From assembly GCA_951406725.2 (NCBI GenBank), contig OX597829.1, forward strand, positions 9,858,001-9,922,000: 64,000 bases of DNA. The letters run 5' to 3'. The notes under the pieces are model-generated. The model was given only the letters and a program-made list of their open reading frames with translations, searched no databases and had not been told where the DNA came from. Below, in pieces: positions 25,318 to 40,490 of this stretch; positions within the stretch are counted from its first letter, which is position 1, and each line of letters begins with the position of its first letter. Made by a program: the position numbers and the translations under genes. The stretch is from Octopus vulgaris. Lineage: Eukaryota.

Positions 25318-25722
25318 AAAGACAGCGAGGTGGCAGAATCGTTAGCACACCGGGCGAAATGCGTAGCCGTATTTCGTCTGCCGTTACGTTCTGAGTTCAA
25401 ATTCCGCCGAGGTCGACTTTGCCTTTCATCCTTTCGGGATTGATAAATTAAGTACCAGTTACGCACTGAGGTCGATGTAATCGACTTAATCCCTTTGTCT
25501 GTCCTTGTTTGTCCCCTCTGTGTTTAGCTCCTTGTGGGTAGTAAAGAAATAGGTATTTCGTCTACCGCTACGTTCTGAGTTCAAATTCCGTTTACGTCGA
25601 CTCTACCTTTTATCCCTTGGGGGTCAATAAAATAATTACCATTTGAACACTGGGATCAATATGACTGACTTAGTCCCTCACCCCCAAACCTGCTTGCCTT
25701 GTGCCCAAATTTAAAACCAATA
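25318..25722 (+). mobile_element. SINE family A tandem dimer
   Basis: Full unit, then the extension 'tttgtctgtccttgtttgtcccctc..gtaaagaaatagg', then a second headless unit. Same layout at 35276-35568. Confidence 0.85.
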
Positions 25723-25835
25723 TTTATAGCTAAACCTTTCTTCTACTTCAGGTAATGAGTTAGATGTTCGAATTTCGCCAAGTCTTTCCGGTGGAAAAAA
25801 AATGAAAATATTTTTGTTTTTTCTTCTTTGTTAAT

Positions 25836-27060
25836 CTTGATGGAAAATATCTCCTACACAGAGTTCTGTGAAACGTGACAGTTCATAGCGATGTTTCAGT
25901 CGTCAATATAGAACGATGAAGAAAATGTAAACAAAGAGAGCAAAAGTCAGTTGATTTCGTCAGACATTTCGCTAGAGGTTGAAATAGGAGAAGGTTTAAC
26001 GTACGTTATTCCGATCAGAATTACACTATTTCCCTGTAATAACATCTGTGTTTCTAACGCTATACCAGGAAGCCCAATCGTTTCCACACGGCCGGATTTT
26101 GAAGAAAAAAAATTCTCTGTGTTAGTGCAGAGAACTTCATATTCCAGACGTTGAAATATTTACCTAAGACGGTTTCCACTGCATCAACAACAGCAATTTG
26201 TAACTCCTGCTACGACCTATAATTTATCTGGCGTACATGTCGGATCAATAAATGTTTATGCGAGTCTTCATACTTGAATTAATTGTAGCCAAGAAATGTT
26301 TTCTTAGAGACAACAAAATACTTTCAATGTCATGGCTTTAGTTTAAGGAGATAAATTCACTGGGAACCGGTGAATGAAAAGTATCCGTTCACATTTATGG
26401 CAGCTGATGACGTACGCATCTGCTATATTAAGGATTTCTCACGGTAGAGTTGCCTTTCTTTATGTTCCAAGTTCAAATTATGCTGATGCTGACGTTCAAT
26501 GTTATATAATCAGGATCAAGGAAATATACAATAATTCTACACAAATTTCAAGTCATTCAACTGTATCGTTTGTTATATATTTGTGACATAAAGATAGAAA
26601 CTGTCACGGTTAGAATCAATCTTTAGAACATATGTCAAGGAAATACCAAGTATGAAACAACTCGGTTACTTTAGTAAGTCATATACACACCTAGCGTTTC
26701 GAATATGTACACTTGCATATTTTGGTGTGTAGATTATTCATAGTGCCTTCTTTTTGTTGTCCCATGAGAAGACATTCTTGAATTTATTGGTGATGGTAAT
26801 GGAGTACAAATTGCAATGCATATACTTGTCTTGACTTTCGATTATACGCACATGAATTCGTGTAAAGCTAAAGTGACACAAGCCTTTGGTTGTCCCAACA
26901 GAAGGAATTTTGAAAATATTTTGGTAGAGAGGAAGAAAGAAAACTGAATGAGTAAATGCGCAGAGAATGATGTGTTACTTACATCATGCATTTTCAAAGA
27001 CGAATTGTAGTGCCAAATGAAGCACAAAATTCAAGTGCTACCAATATACGTCCAGTACAT
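25836..27060 (+). mobile_element. Possible relic of a PIN-like/CXC-domain DNA transposon ORF
   Basis: LDGKYLLHRVL* at ~25836, YADADVQ at ~26478 and KTNCSAK at ~26995 occur in the order expected for DGG.LLHR.W / A..DAD / CXC proteins. Confidence 0.35.
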
Positions 27061-27127
27061 TTTAAAACTTCTGTAAAGATTTCAAATACAGCTTCTTTGT
27101 AAATTAATAATTAAATTTAAGAATGAG

Positions 27128-27288
27128 AAGACGGCAAGGAGCTCACAGAATCGTTAGCACGCTGGGCAAAATGCTTCGTGGTATTTCGCCCATTTTTGCA
27201 CTCTGAGTTCAAATGCCACCGAGGTCTACTGTGCGTTTCAACCTTCCGGTGTCGACGCACTGGGATGGAAGTAATTGACTCACCCACT
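27128..27288 (+). mobile_element. SINE family A, 3'-truncated at the start of the Tx1
   Basis: Head and B-box recognisable; the usual 'cccaaa..ccttgtgcc' end is absent. Confidence 0.8.
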
Positions 27289-30200
27289 GTTTCAAGGGGT
27301 TAGTCTTGAGTGCTGACGCGTCAGTACCGGGTTTTTTTCAAGGTTGGTGATTATTGCTATTGTGTTCTTGCTATTGTGCTTCTTGAACTGTTGATAAATT
27401 GTTTGCATTGTTTTGTTTCGAAAAACATTATTTGCCAAAGGCAGACTTGTATTGCGTTGTTGTCTTTCTTGTGGGGAAAATCCACTGTGGAAAAAAATTA
27501 TTTCTTTAAATTAATTATTTATTGAAATTAATTATTTGTACAAACAAAAAATAATGGATAAATCACTAATTAAAAATCGACAGGAAGCACCATTAGAAAT
27601 TACGGACCAAGTACAACCAAAACAGTTTTATCTGTGGAAATCAGGAGCGTGCCTGTGGCAGTACTTTTTCAAGGTAAAAATTTTTCACAAGGTACAGGTA
27701 TTAAAAAAAAGGTATATCTCATATGGAAAGACTTGGCGAAATTCAAAGGAATGATATAAAGGAAGTGGAACGAAGTTAAAGTAGTGAAATCGTCCACAAG
27801 GCGCAACGCAGCACAATAATCTACAAAACTTTTGTAACCAAATTTTAAAAACTAGACATAGCAGCCAAAGACGTAATGGGACGCTGCTTGCGACCCGTAT
27901 GGGAAGATATAGAGTTCGTAACACGAGGACAAAGATTCGCAACAATTGAAGTGCGCTTTCGATTAGAGGAGAGAGAGCCAAGCAGGCGTCCACCAGTCCG
28001 TTAAAAACGGCAGAAGTCTTGCTCCTGCCCACGTATCTCGGAAGACGTACTTCCAAGATCTGGGTGGGAGACATACCACCTGAGGTAGACCCTGTTTGGC
28101 TTGTGGCGACAATCACTACAGGCCTGGGGGATAAAATTGCAATCCTCCAGGCACAAGCTACCGAATCGCAACATTGGCAGGAGCAAAGATTTGAACCATT
28201 GATTCAGACTTCCCCTGCAAATTTAGAAGGTATTATTGATGTAATTCAGGTGGGTGGAAGTGAAGCTACGTGCGATGGTCGAGGGGAGGAAGCTCTGATG
28301 CTTCAAATGTGGCCAAACAGGCCACTTAAGATCGGAGTACAAACCCCCTCCCGAAAAGGAAACCCCACCTGAAAAAGAAACAGAAAATTCAAAGGAGGAG
28401 GAGAGCGAAATACCAGAGTCCTAAACAGAGAGTGAGAAGGACATAGAACAATAAGTGGGTGGGAAAAATCGGAAAAAAGGAGAAAAAGAAAAAAAACCTG
28501 TCCCTCCCCAATAGTCCTACAGCAAAAAAAAAATACAAAAGAGAAAAAATACAAACAGAACCAGAAACAAATGCCCAGACCAAGTCCTACCCATCCCATG
28601 CAGACATAAGCTATACGTCAGTGACCGCAAGTAATCATAAACTACTGCAGAAACTAAGAGATATGGAGGACATACTTACCATCATTCAAAAATTTGAGAA
28701 AAGGATACCCAAAGACATTCTTATATTCGCAATAACAAGAACCAATTATATATTCTTTAAAAAAGAATATAAGGCCCTTGAGGAAGGACTTTTCTTCACA
28801 AATCTATGAGGGCGGCAAGCCTCAGAGGAAGAATAGGAGGAGTGAGTATGTAAATTTCTTTCCAATGGACACTCTTAATATAGGATACATAAATGTACGT
28901 TGCATGATGTCGATTTGGAAGCAGGCCCATTTCCTACGTGACCCCAGGTTGCATCGCTTGGATGTTATAGTCGCTACAGAGTCCAGGTTGAGCAGTCAGA
29001 GGGATATCTCGCCCCTCCTAAATGGCTACGCGAGAAAATTATTTCTCTATGCTCACCTGGAGTGGGTGGGGAGGTGTAGCTGTGTTATTCAGGGAAAGCC
29101 TGGGCGTTGAGGTAACAACGATTTCTATCGATCCGGAGGGCAGGCTGGTCGTCGTGGATGTTGCGTACAGCGGTAAGTTTTTCAGGTTGGTATGTGTGTA
29201 CGCCCCTGCGAAAGGGGTAGGTAAAACCGATTTTTTTCGAAGCATTGAGAAATTTCTTGGTTCATCTCATTTTAATATTATGATAGGGGAATTTTTTCGC
29301 AATCTGCGATGCACGCGTGGATTGCGTTGCCTCTGATAAGTGTTTCTTAAATCTGTTTAGCCGTATTCAGCTAGCAGATAGGTGTAGACTTAACGACCCA
29401 AACGCTCCATAGTAGACATGGATGAATAGCATCTTATCTAGACAGAATTCTAATTAAGGAATTTGATAAAAACCTAGTTAGCTGTCCACAATTCCACTAT
29501 GTCAGCTACAGTGATCACAAATTTGTGACCTGTAAGCTTGATGTAGATGGGACGTATAGACAGAGAACTGGCTACTGGAAACTCAACAAGTTTCGTTTTA
29601 CTCATGAGGAGTATAGGAGTCGTATTAGGGAGTTAATTTTGAGGGCATTGTGTGGCACCTTTCTGAACAACAAATGGTGGTATGCCCTCAGAAGAGCCAT
29701 TAAATTTGAGTCCGTTAGGTTTAGTAAAAAATTATTTGCTAAGAAAGAACAGAAAGGGCTTTAGTTAAGTACTTAGAAGAAGCAGTGAGATCTGGCTGCG
29801 AGATTGATTCTGAATCAACACCTCAAGGCCAAATACGAGGAGTGCGTAATCAGGGCTAAGCAACGTGCAGTTGGACAGGAAGGAATCAAAGCCGCTGGAT
29901 GGACCCTTGTTGTAGAGGTTCAACGTAGCTACAAAACTTCTATAAGGTCTTTGGCGAATGATCAAGGGAACATGATAAACGAACTCGAGGAAGTGTGCAA
30001 GGTCTTTCAGGAGCATTTCGCTCGGCTTTTCGTGGGGGGTGGCAGAGTGTAGGAGGGACCTCACGAACTTCCTCGCCGGTTTGCCGCGTCTCTCGGGGTG
30101 TGATGCGGAGTGCCTTGAAGGTCCGATTACAGCTGCGGATGTTGAGGAGTTTCTGGCGGACTGTGGTGGAGATAAATCGCCGGGTCTAGATGGTCTTCCC

Positions 30201-32190
30201 TACGAACTTTACCCTAGTATTCCAGACTTGTTTGGGCACTTGCTGGCTTGCGTCTTTTCGAACAGGAAGCCGAACGGTTTATTCCCAAATCTGTGAACCG
30301 GGGAGTGATGACTGTGCTTAGAAAGGACCCAAGCGAGGGAGATGGTGTTGACAATTTTAGACCCATCACCATGCTAAACGCAGAGATGAAGATTCTGGCC
30401 AAGGTGTTAGCAAAAAGGTTGGCGCGTGTCGTGGATGGACTCGCCGGGGAGGCACAAATGTGTGCCGTTCCCGGCATATCCATACATGACAATCTCCACC
30501 TTATACGCTACACCTTAGAGAGGGTTGTTAGTAGGACTACTGGCAAGGGTGGGGCACTAGCACATTTAGACCAGTCTAAAGCATTCGATAGGGTCGTTCG
30601 GGTGAACAGTTTCTTTTCGAAGCCGTTCAGCATCAAGTGGCAGTTCATCAAGGATGTGCCCTTTTTCCCCTTCTGTACGTATTGGCTCTAGGTTATAGGA
30701 GTGCGGTCACGGTGTTTGCAGATGACATCACCATCATCATGCGCGAGGTGAATCACTTACACATTGTGGGTGAAGCCATCAAGGAATACGAGACGGTGAC
30801 AGGAGCAAAGATTAACCGTGAAAAATCAGTCGGCTTGCAACTCGGCACCTGGAGAGGCAAGTCAATGTCTTCCAACAGCGTCGTAAGTCGCTGGACGGAA
30901 GGGCCAGTTAAAATACTAGGGGTTTGGTTTGGACCAGATCTCGAGATAGAGAAGAATTGGGGTGAGGTAGCGAGCTACTTGCCTAACTCAGATCTGAGCG
31001 GTGATATCCTTGAAAGGGAGGGCGGAAATCGCTTCTGTGATTACCTGCAGCCTAGCCGTCGTGCTGAACAAGTTGGAACAGCTCCTTTTCCACTTTTCGT
31101 GGAAGGGTAGAGGTCCGCTTTTGAAGCGCTCCGTCTGCTGCCAACACCCGCTAAAGGGTGAGCAAGGGATGCCTTGGCTGTTGTTGCACAAGTTAGCGCT
31201 GAGGATCAGGCGTCTGTGGTGCTACCTGGATGGTGAACAGGTGTGGTCTCCGTTCATCAGATGGCTGCTTCCTAGGTTCACTAGCTTTAGTGAGCTAGAA
31301 CCATTGATCCAACATAGACCAAAGTACGGCGATTGTCACTTGGGGTGCCGACAGGCACTCTGTGTATTCTCTCGCACGAGCAATGTCAGCAGCGGGGGTT
31401 CTACGTCGTTCTTCTATAGAAGGTTGGCAGAGGGGAAGAATGACGACGGCTTGGTGATTCGACGAAAATCACTTAACCAGCCTGTTCCGAAGAACATTCG
31501 CCCCAGGGTCTTTTGATAACTTCCAGAGATCTCTGACCTGGCAATGCTTCCGAGGTGCGTTACCAGTTCGCGATAAACTCGCAAGACCTGGTGGCTTCTG
31601 CTCACCATTTTGCCCAAGATGCAAGCAGGACAGGGAAACCGTTCTGCACGCGATTGTGTAATGCCTAAAAATTACTGAAATATGGGTTTACGTATAACAT
31701 CTGCTGTCACGACTGGGAAGAGTACAGCTGTCTTCCGAGTCGATCATAAAAATTGTTTCTCTTCCTCCTTTGACAAAGAAGGTAAGGCTTGTCTTCTCAC
31801 TGTAGTAGCTATTGCGAAAGAGGTCGTGTGGAAGATCGTGCAAAAGGTATCGGGACAGGCACTTTCATTTCCAGCCTTGGATTGGTGAAGTTCCTATCCT
31901 TTCACCTGAAAAGGAAGATAAGGCTGGAGAAGGAGTGCCTGTCGCCAGACATATTCAAGAAAAGATGGAAGAGTGTAGCGAGATTGGTGGGAGTGAATGT
32001 CTCCGTTTATGAGTGTCCGAAAGCACAACCCGTACCCCACTACATTGTTTGTTAATTCTATTGTATCGCATCCGATTTTATTATCAAAATGTTTAATCGA
32101 TTTTCATAGTTATCCAGTGTGTCTCTCCTTTTCTAAAAGGACGAAATGGAATTTAAAAGAGTTCTTGTCGCTTTTTTTCTAATAAATATA
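27289..32190 (+). mobile_element. Near-full-length degraded Tx1/L1-clade LINE, copy 2 (different subfamily)
   Basis: ORF1 LLPTYLGRRT..CFKCGQTGHL. ORF2 from 28865 (MDTLNIGYINVR) with VYAP, SDH, GYWKLN, KSPGLDGLPYELY, NFRPITMLN, LDQSKAFDRV, FADD. AATAAA at 32181. Confidence 0.93.
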
Positions 32191-33540
32191 GTGACATGGT
32201 AATCCGTATGTGGTTGCTCGATATGGAAGAAATAACAACCAACTTTAACTTAAATCACATGCTACTGATTAAATAAAGGAAGAATACATTAGATAACTTA
32301 GCCTCCGAAATACTGTCTGGAAAAAAAGGGTGGATGGTGCGGTTGATATACCTTTAATCATGGAAATTCCCGATCAGGATCTATTTCGGGTTAAACAGCA
32401 GCAGCAATAACAACCACAAAAGGCTCTTTCGTTGGCATCTTCTCACTCATAGGCCAGAATAAAATAGTGAGTTGTAAAAAACATATAAGAGCCTCGGATT
32501 TTGTCAGTATTTCATAGGCCGCTCCACCGAAAGTAAATTTGACATGGGCAAGATTTGAATATAGAACATTAAGAGTCACCACCAAACTCCTTGAAGGATT
32601 TAGAGCTAGGAAGACCCACACTATATCGAAATTGGTATGATATTATTGCCTATATTCTTCCAGCTGCAATGATTCAGAGGGTTTAATATTTTTTAAATGC
32701 ATAGAAATTGTTGTTTTAACCTTGTAATTCATTATATTTTAACAAGATGGCTACCATTCAAGTCTTGTTTTGAATGGTATGAACATCGTCTCTTACCCTG
32801 AAAAATCTGAGAGAGAGATAGAGACAGAGAGACAGAGACAGAGATAGAGCATCATTACCTACAAAACTTGTATTGCTACATGGTTCCATTACTGCATATT
32901 CTCCTGATATTTAGAATCACTTCAGATGGAGTAGGTTGCTGCACTCATAATATAACAAGCCACTACTTTGTCGGAGTTCTATCATTATTTATCTTACAAA
33001 GTCAATTGCACTGTCGTGCCGTACTCACCCATACAAACACTCTCACTAACACACGCAAAAATGCACACACCGACATGGATATATACAGACATACATATAC
33101 GTATATACACAGACACATATGGATATATATATATACATACATACTTGTACATATACACACATATAAATATATATACATTTGTATATGTATACATACACAC
33201 ACACATAAACACACACGCACACACACACGCACACACACACGCACACACACATATATATATATACACTCACACACACACGTGTTTGTATATCTGTGTCTGC
33301 GTGTGTTAGTCAGCTTGTGTTTGTATGTATGAGTCTGCACATGTTTATACAAATGGCAACGTCTCATATTTATTTATTTTTTAATTCTGAGTGTTTCTAA
33401 GTGACCCAATATATATAGCACGTGTAGTCAGTAAGAAGATATTCTGTGATATTAGACCAACCAATAAAATGGTGTATTTTAGAGATCAGATTCTTTCTTT
33501 CAGATATTAAGTGAGGACTTCATTACGTCGTTTGTGTATA

Positions 33541-33662
<122 letters not shown>

Positions 33663-34504
33663 CATATATATATATATACACACACACGAATGTATATGAA
33701 TAGAAACAGGGAATCTCGAAGTGCACAAAGCTACAAATAGCAGCGTGTAAATATAGGGTTAAAAGCCTTTTGGCTAGGAAAAAGTTATGGGTTGCCTGAC
33801 ATAAATGAGCAAATCTGAAGGGAGCTTTAAACAGGGTTTTAATACAAACTCCAAATCCCCCAACTGGTGTGTTTGTGTGTGTGTGTGTGTGATTAGTAGT
33901 AATAATGTTCTAAGAGTATATGTTGAATATATCATACAGTTCTAAAGTGTGTAGAGTTATTGAAGGTTTGGGCAGAAAGCAGTTTCAATTTTCGTTTTCT
34001 GTACAAAAATACAAGCTCTTCCCATTTTCTTATTTATCTGTTTATCTATTTTCTCCATAACCACGCCCACTTCAATTCTACACATATCTAATAACAGATC
34101 ACTGCAACGGTTATAACATTGGTTTCCCTCGTTGACACAAAGCAGACAAACTTGTATGAATGGCTATTGATCGATCGAATCGACCTCTAATACATGAAAA
34201 CTACTTATTTTGTCGCTACACCACTAATATGAAAAACTAATATCGGTCGCCAAAAGATTTGAAATGAGAATGTAAAATGTGATTCTCAACATTATAATGG
34301 TATTTTTTTGTTTTCCTATTTTCATTTTAATAATTATTCTTGCGAAGCGTTATTGGAGGCGGTGTTTAATTGGTAGATGACCTGAGTAGATTCTTTTGCT
34401 GTCTTTTTTTGCAGACTTCTCAGTTTTGAAATGATATTCCACCATAAAAGTCTACTTTATCATTAATTCTTCCGGGGTCGGAAGAAAAAGCAAGATTATA
34501 TGGT

Positions 34505-35270
<766 letters not shown>

Positions 35271-35275
35271 ATGTG

Positions 35276-35568
35276 AAAGGCGGTGAGCTGGCAGAAACGT
35301 ATTTCGTCTGCCGTTACGTTCTGAGTTAAAATTCCGCCCAGGTCGACTTTGCCTTTTATCCTTTCGGGGTCGATAAATGAAGTACCAGTTACGCTCTGGG
35401 TTCGATGTAATTGACTTAATCCGTTTGTCTGTCCTTGTTTGTCCTCTCTATGTTTAGCCCCTTGTGAGTAATAAAGAAATAGGTATTTCATTTGCCGCTA
35501 CAGTCTGAGTTCAATTTCCGCCGAGGTCGAGTTTGCCATTCATTCTTACGGGTCGATGAAATAAGTCC
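35276..35568 (+). mobile_element. SINE family A with extension and partial second unit
   Basis: Same layout as 25318-25722. Confidence 0.85.
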
Positions 35569-36489
35569 CTCCATTGCTCGTAAGGAAATGTGTCCGTTTT
35601 ATGCCAGGAGAGAGAACAGACTCTAGTCCTGGACTGGTATTTTATTTATCAAGCCCGTAAGGACGGAAAGCAAAACTGATCTCGGTAGTGTTTTAACTCA
35701 TTGCACAATGTCGAAACAAGTATCAATCTAATGACTATGTTAATTAGACCAATATTAAAATCGGCAAATTAAGCGAGAAAAGAGCTTAAGCGTCAAAATT
35801 GACGCAGTCTGATATTTTGTTACATTCAAATATGGTTTGAGTTCCATTTTTATGAAGACCTGCTTTGCTCTTTGACACCACAAGGGTCTATTGATTTGTC
35901 TGTTATTTAGCATCAATTGCCGAAGTATTAACCGTTCTCCACAAAAGTAAAAGGAAAAAAAGACAAACAATTTTCAAATGTCCGAGAAAAGTAAATATAA
36001 GTGTTTGGATTAATAGCGATGATGTAATTGAAGATGTTGACTGTTACAACATGTGGATGCTGTTTATGTACAGCTGATGTGTAAACAAATGTCAAATGTT
36101 CAAAGATGCTAGAAACCCGTCTGCACAAACTGTCGTAATACTGCTAGTTACATTTAATATTGTGACAGCTTGGATTCTTCGTTTTACTATTTCTGAGTAC
36201 GTTTGGTTACATATAAATGCTTAGCGACCATTGAGCTAACATTTTAGGTCTATAGCGTTAGATTATGTAGAGATGTCAGTTGAGTGAGGGGTGTGTTAAA
36301 TTCTTGCATATCTACTCAAATAATTTTGATATTTTGTATTATTTTTCAGAGGATGGGAAACAAATAAATCAACATGATACCGAAAGATCGGGCGTTCGCA
36401 TTTGGAATTCGATATTGCGTTATGACTTTGACCAACCAAGATACTTATCTTTCAAAAATATTATTGCCTCTAACTTTTAATTGGTTGCC

Positions 36490-37430
36490 GAAAGATAGGA
36501 ATAACTTTACAATGAGTACAAGTTGTACGCCTCATTCCCACATGCCTAATCGACTATTTTTGCTTTCTTTAGATCACCGGATAGTGACTGCGTACAGTGT
36601 CCAGAGTTTCGATTTGTTGGCTACAAAAAACCCACTGTAAACTGATCGCGGAGGGAATCCATGAGCCAGATTCACGAGTTGGTTAGGCGAGAATTGGTGG
36701 AGTAGATCGCCAACCAGTGGTGGGTCTCTGTGAAGGAAGTGGTTAATAGCAGAAACGTCTGTATAAGTTAAACATATCAATGATAGATAATAATAGACTG
36801 GAATTTGAGCGTGCTGAAGAATTCAGCACGACTACAAAGCTGATGTTTCTGAGTACTTTCAGGCACCAGGGAGTAAAAGTAGTTCGATGGATTCTTATTG
36901 AAAAGGCCTGAGGAAGTGAAGCAACTAAATCCCACTTCTGAGTATCACTGGCCCCAACGTTTGAGAAGACAACAGAGCTGAGCCAAAAATTCTAGATTTG
37001 AATGAGTATCTCGACTGTCGGACGTAACATACCAAGAGAAGTGGAATACTGCAAAAACTAATTAGAGTAGTTGGAAATACAAAACACAGTGAGTTGTTAT
37101 AAAAGGAGAAAAGCACCATGTTTCGATGACCTTATCCACTTTAAATATATGTCACAATTCTTTGTTGCAATCTTAGCTTTGTCTATTCTAGCTGGCAGAA
37201 GATTGCAAATATTCTCGATTGAATGTGCTGAAGAATCGTCCCGCTACTAAAAAATGACGTGAACAAGGTCGAAGAATATCAATGATAGTTTTCGTTCCAT
37301 AATTCTGCTTAATACGGAGTTTAAGATTATGGCCAAGGTACTCCCTAAAATGTTAATGCTTATCATTAATACTGTCAGCTGCAGAGAGGTATGTGATCCT
37401 TAGCAACCTTCACTTCTTGTCATACATCAG
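36490..37430 (+). pseudogene. Heavily deleted Tx1 ORF2 relic
   Basis: CPEFRFVGY, KAPCFDDL and SFRSIILLNTEFKIMAKVL are collinear with Tx1 ORF2. Confidence 0.65.
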
Positions 37431-37734
37431 GTATATTGTGCTAGGGGCGGCCGCATTAACAGAGATGGTAAGAGTATTAATGCTACTGGCATTACTGATA
37501 ATAAAGTTATTGTTACCCCCAAGTCAAACTTGAAAGATCAGATCTATGATCAAAAGTATTCTGATGTATTTTCATATTGAAGATGGCAGAAGCAGAAATG
37601 GTTGTGGAAAATTTTGGATGTTATTTCAACGATTTCGAGCTATCAACTTGATCATCGCATTGTTATTACTGTTAGTGTTTTGCTTGGTGGTGTGGTTGAT
37701 GGTGGATACTGGTGTTGGTATTGGTAATGGTGTC

Positions 37735-37983
37735 AAAGGCGGCGAGCTTGTAGAAACGTTAGTATGCGGGGCGAAATGCGTAGCCGTATTTCGTCTGCCG
37801 TTACGTTCTGAGTTCAAATTCCGCCGAGGTCGACTTTGCCTTTCATCCTTTCGGGGTCGATAAATTAAGTACCAGTTACGCACTGGGGTTGATATAATCG
37901 ACTTAATCCGTTTGTCTGTCCTTGTTTGTCCCCTTGTTTAGCCCCTTGTGTTTAGCCCCTTGTGAGTAGTAAAGAGATAGGTA
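37735..37983 (+). mobile_element. SINE family A, well preserved
   Basis: Complete head, core and extension. Confidence 0.9.
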
Positions 37984-39153
37984 TTGGTAATGGTGTTGGT
38001 TACGGGAGTGTAAGTTGTAATGGTGGACTCAGTGACTTGTTGCTTAATTCCGGTCTAGTCTGACGGAGCTGATACAACGATTAAATGTGTTCGAGCTGTG
38101 ATCATCTGGGAATTGTGCAATGTATCTTTCCTTCTCTTATCAGGATGAGACATTATCTAAGGATATATATCTTTTATTTCTTACAGGACGAGCGACCAGA
38201 CAAAGATTAATTCTTCGTTCGTGTTGTTTAACTTCAGTTCAGCTTTAATGAAGCAGACTGAAGATCGAATATGTTGTAGCCGTTAACGTGTTATCTTTCT
38301 GGCATTCAGAGGATACTCAAGATAAAATTGCAAAAACAGGGTCTTCTTTTACAAGACTGTGAATGGTGATTTGAAGTATATTTGACTGCTGTTTCCTGTA
38401 GCTGGGACGAGCACGAAAGACTAGTCACGTCTGAGATGGTGAATGTGCTGGTGGTGGGGATTATGTTCTGAGGATATTGCCGATAATAATGGTGGTGGTG
38501 GTGACGGAGCGGCGCATACAGTTAATGCTATGGTTAGGGCGGGTGGGATAAGGTATTCGGGTGGTAAAGGTTTAACAATGATTTTCGCGACAGTGAAGGA
38601 GCTGGTAATATTTACAACAGGGCTGGTGTCGTTGTTCATAATGTCGTGGTAGTTGTTGTTGTTGCTGTTGATAGTGGAGGAGGTGATGTTGATTACTCTG
38701 ATGATGGTACTGGTGATAGTGATGGTAGTAGGGGTAGTAATAGCGGTGGTGGTTGTTTTTAGTATTATCAGTACGTAGGATTAAGCAGTAATTGTAACAT
38801 CAGCAGGAGAAGAAGAAAAATGGCAGCAGCAGTAACAGCAATATTACTAGTGTGGGTGGTAGTGGTGATGGTGTCGTACCCCCCCTCACCTTGGTGTTTA
38901 GTTAGTAGTGGGACGGTGGTTGTATTAGCGTCAAATTACAGGCACTAATTTCCGTATTAGATATGACTTGATTTTCTTAACTTTTCAACAACAACAACAA
39001 CAACAACAACTAACAAAAACAGCAACCACAGTACCAACGGCAACGCTACTAGAAGGTGCAGTTGCAATATAAATATGTGTGTGTGTGTGTGCATGTATAT
39101 GTGTGTGTGTAAATATACGACGAACACACACACAACCATACATACATACATAC

Positions 39154-39210
<57 letters not shown>

Positions 39211-39214
39211 TAGG

Positions 39215-39250
<36 letters not shown>

Positions 39251-39279
39251 CAGATAAATAGATATTTATATATATACGA

Positions 39280-39390
39280 GCAAAACGCCCCCCGCCCAAT
39301 GGACGGTGCTAAGTTCTCAAACATTTAAACTAAATTTTCTCAAAACAACTTGTCCGACCGTCCCATAGCCACCCCCCTTGAGAAACACTG
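39280..39390. mobile_element. hAT MITE, right end
   Basis: Ends TTGAGAAACACTG, the complement of a CAGTG-type TIR. Confidence 0.55.
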
Positions 39391-39429
39391 ATTTAACCTA
39401 AATTTGAGACACCAGCAAAAGAAGAAATA

Positions 39430-39647
39430 AAGATAGACTTTTTTCTATTCCAAGAAAAACGATTTTACAAATGCACGTTCCCACGGCTTTATCGATCGCA
39501 TTCTCACCTGGAATCAATTTTTGTAATTTTTTCAAGACTTATACACGCCCTGACACCGTCGGTATCTACATATCAAATTTGAGCGCAACCGGATGGAAGA
39601 TGCCCGAGATCCCAGAAGACATGCTCACAGATGGACAGAACGAATTT

Positions 39648-39650
<3 letters not shown>
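39430..39650 (+). mobile_element. Non-autonomous Helitron-like element, terminal part
   Basis: 'tatcaaatttgagcgcaaccggatg...acagatggacaga..ttttatatat' terminal layout, similar to 52470-52560. Confidence 0.45.
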
Positions 39651-39744
<94 letters not shown>

Positions 39745-39745
39745 A

Positions 39746-39776
<31 letters not shown>

Positions 39777-40490
39777 GGAAGGTCTATTATGCAGGGTCCT
39801 CCCTCAGGTGAAGCCTTGTCGTTGGGAGAGAGCTTTAGTCCGTAATTGAACCGCATCGGATTAATCCACCCGCCTTGGACTAATTAACGACGCCGAATAC
39901 TCATAAGAGTAAAAAAACCGTTTCGTATAAGTACCCTACCAATCGCTACTGCTTCGTACGATGACCCTGGGGATTGTTAACCAGGGACTTTCACGCGGTG
40001 GCGGCACGTGAGGTTTGCCAGTACCTCTGCAAGAAACCATAGGTAAACTTGGTAACCTAGAAATAATTATCTTTTTCACCAATGCGGTGCTGAGCACTAA
40101 TACTTGCTGTTATGGCAACAGTAGTGCTGACGACATATAGTGAGGCAGAAGCGTATATTCACAACTAATCCCTTGTCTCCAAAGACTATAGGAAGGCATT
40201 CGGCTCTATCCCTCATTCATGGCTTTTGAAGTGCCTACATCTGCAAAGGTACCCACCTCCCTAATTGCTGCTATACAGAGACTCACAAAGACATGGACAA
40301 CTATTTTTAGCGTTACAACTGAGAACAAAATAATTTTTTCTAATAGTATAGGCATTTCAAAGAGAATATTCCAGGGACATAGTCTTCTTTTCATTTTGGC
40401 ACAGAATCCGTTATCGTTCCTACTACAGAAAACAAATGGTTACATGCTAGGGTCTGCAACTGCTAGAAATATCAACGTAACTCATAATTT
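39777..40490 (+). mobile_element. R4/Dong-like LINE: putative 5'UTR fused to an RT fragment
   Basis: 40186-40450 reads DYRKAFGSIPHSWL..IFQGHSLLFILAQNPLSFLL. The upstream GC-richer non-coding block starts right after (TA)n. Confidence 0.7.
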
